A DNA stretch of 64,000 nt from Geosiphon pyriformis uo1 (Eukaryota; Fungi; Glomeromycota). The notes under the pieces were generated by a model. That model did no database searches and was not told the origin of the DNA. It saw only the letters and a list, made by a program, of their open reading frames with translations. Of the stretch, positions 62,070 to 64,000 are shown piece after piece (the first letter of the stretch is position 1; the number at the start of each line of letters is the position of its first letter). Both the position numbers and the translations under genes were made by a program. The stretch is from NCBI GenBank assembly GCA_016748015.1, contig JAAOMT010000299.1, forward strand, positions 912,791-976,790, read 5' to 3'.

Positions 62070-63658
62070 TCGTTTTACTAATTACAGAAATAAATTAAAA
62101 AATTGAGAATTACACCCAACAAAAATTTTTTATTATCTTTGCAGACAAAAAAAAATTACAAACTCCAACAGAAACATCAAGAAAAATACAACCAACTACT
62201 TAGAAAAAATCAAAAGTTATTTTACTTATTTATTTATTATATTATTATATATTTAGAAGTACTATTAATATACCATCAAGATTAGCATTATTGTTAACAG
62301 TAAAAACACTATTAACCAGAGTACTATTTCAAAATAATTAAGATAAAGCCAAACTATTAGGAACTTATGATGATTTTTTAAAAAATTTAAATTGTAACCA
62401 ACAATATTATTAGGATTTTGATTACTGCTACTTTAACCAAATTTTGAATCTACTAATCATTAAAAAAATACTGATTTAGAAGAAAAAAAAAGCAGTTATT
62501 AGAAAAATAACAATTAAAACCCAATTCCAAATAACCTGGAAGTTCAAACTTCAATTGTTTAAATCTAGCCAAATTTGAACAACCCAAATCTAATCAGAAA
62601 TCTTATCTTTAGTTATTCTGATTAATCAATTACCAGTAGCATTAATTGTTACCTAGCAACAATCACAACAACAATTATTACTTACATCAATAGTTTATAT
62701 ATCAATTACTAAGTTTGAAAAATTTACTAGTAAAAAAAACAATGTTCAAGTCTGGTTAAATAATATAGCCAAAACAATTATTGCCAATAATTAAGACAAT
62801 ACCAAAGTCTTTTAAGCAATTCTATACTTTTTTCAGATTACTGTTAACTTATGATATCAAAATTTAGCCAACAAATTATAAATATTCAATATGTTTAAAA
62901 CTGAGTTCTTGTAATATTTTAATAATAATAATAGTTTTAATTATCTGTTAACTGGCTTTATTACAATCAAACAAGATAATACAGAAGCAGTCACTATTTA
63001 CTTGGGACACTTCCATAAAAATTTGTGCTAGATCCAAACAATTGATGTGAATTATCTTATAGTAGCACAAATTCTGAACCAGTTTATTCATGAATTATAC
63101 AATAGTTTATTATAATGAGTATGTCTATTGTACTTGAATACTTTCCAAAACACAGTAATATATGCCAAAAATTTTGAATTGGCCAAACCCAAAGCCAACT
63201 ATACACAGACCATAAATCTAGTAATGAACAAATTATCTAAATTGAATACCAAATTGAAGCAATTTAGTGAAGCCATCAATCAGAAAATTGAAAAATACTT
63301 AACTAACAATCAAGCCATTTATTAGCCTCTTTAATATTATAAAAATCAAGAAAACTCCAATTATTTTTAAAATCAGTTGTGTTTGTTATCATCAACAAAT
63401 CAATAATGATAATAAGAAATATGTAATTGCTATTATTGTAATAAACAAAACTATTTAAAAAAAGATTGCCATTTCAAATTCAATAATTAATAAATAGAAA
63501 ATCAATATTAAAACTCTGATTGTCAATTTTAAACTTCAAATTATATTCTAAATTAAGAACAATATTAGTATTAGCCTTTTTATACTCCAATAATACAACA
63601 ACTAATATACTTATTTTTAGTCTATCAGACTTCAGTATCAGTAATCTATTAGTTATAG
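62070..63658 (+). mobile_element. Family A gag fragment (copy A5), heavily decayed
   Basis: Colinear with about 8645-10240 (QILNQFIH, KANYTQTINLVMN, CYYCNKQ). Confidence 0.87.
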
Positions 63659-64000
63659 TGTTACAAATGATTATTTGAGGTGTTAATACAAATAACAAAC
63701 CCATAACTTAATGCTTAATAGTTAAATAATATTGGTAATATCTAAAAGTTTTTATATCTGAAGGTTTTGGTTAAGTCTTTTATATATTAGACAAAAATTT
63801 AATAGTGATATCTTTTTGTGATGTTTGTAGTTTTAACCCTTGAGTTAATATGTTTTGGTATTCATAGTTTCTTGGAAGATTTTTCTATTAAATTTTTTTC
63901 TTCAGCATGGTGGCTGGTTTATTTTAATAGTTGTGCTCTTCTAATAAGCTATCCTCAATTTTATAAGTTTTATACCCTTATTTCTGGGTTTTTTACCAGG
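63659..64000 (-). mobile_element. 3' end (U5) of an A-type LTR inserted into A5; continues past the window edge
   Basis: TGTTAC terminus at 63659; matches 6387-6680, including the TAAGCTATC...TTTTACCAG motif. Confidence 0.88.

Overview
Eukaryotic, AT-rich heterochromatin-like window that is about 90% nested retrotransposon. The element types suggest a Glomeromycotina fungus such as Geosiphon (inference from recall, not verified). It contains: (i) five copies or fragments of a Ty3/Gypsy family 'A' and three of a related family 'B', including one structurally complete B element (43263-53123; two 969-bp LTRs, ACAG target duplication, PBS, PPT); (ii) solo or truncated LTRs of further types; (iii) two RNase H-bearing LINEs; (iv) one intact, intronless, divergent XRN2/Rat1-like 5'-3' exoribonuclease gene (26037-28094, minus) on a CpG-retaining island. 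All TE copies are riddled with C>T/G>A transitions but have few indels. The best candidate for an undescribed system is the Gypsy lineage itself. Both families share an unusual layout: putative GUG-initiated Gag extension, capsid, CCHC knuckle, protease, triple Zn-ribbon/helical insert, dUTPase, RT, RNase H and integrase in one frame. This is followed by a conserved, non-membrane ORF3 in the env position. The LTRs are modular and their U5 carries an anti-PBS sequence that resembles a tRNA 3' end. All alignments and foldings were done by eye, and internal domain boundaries are approximate.
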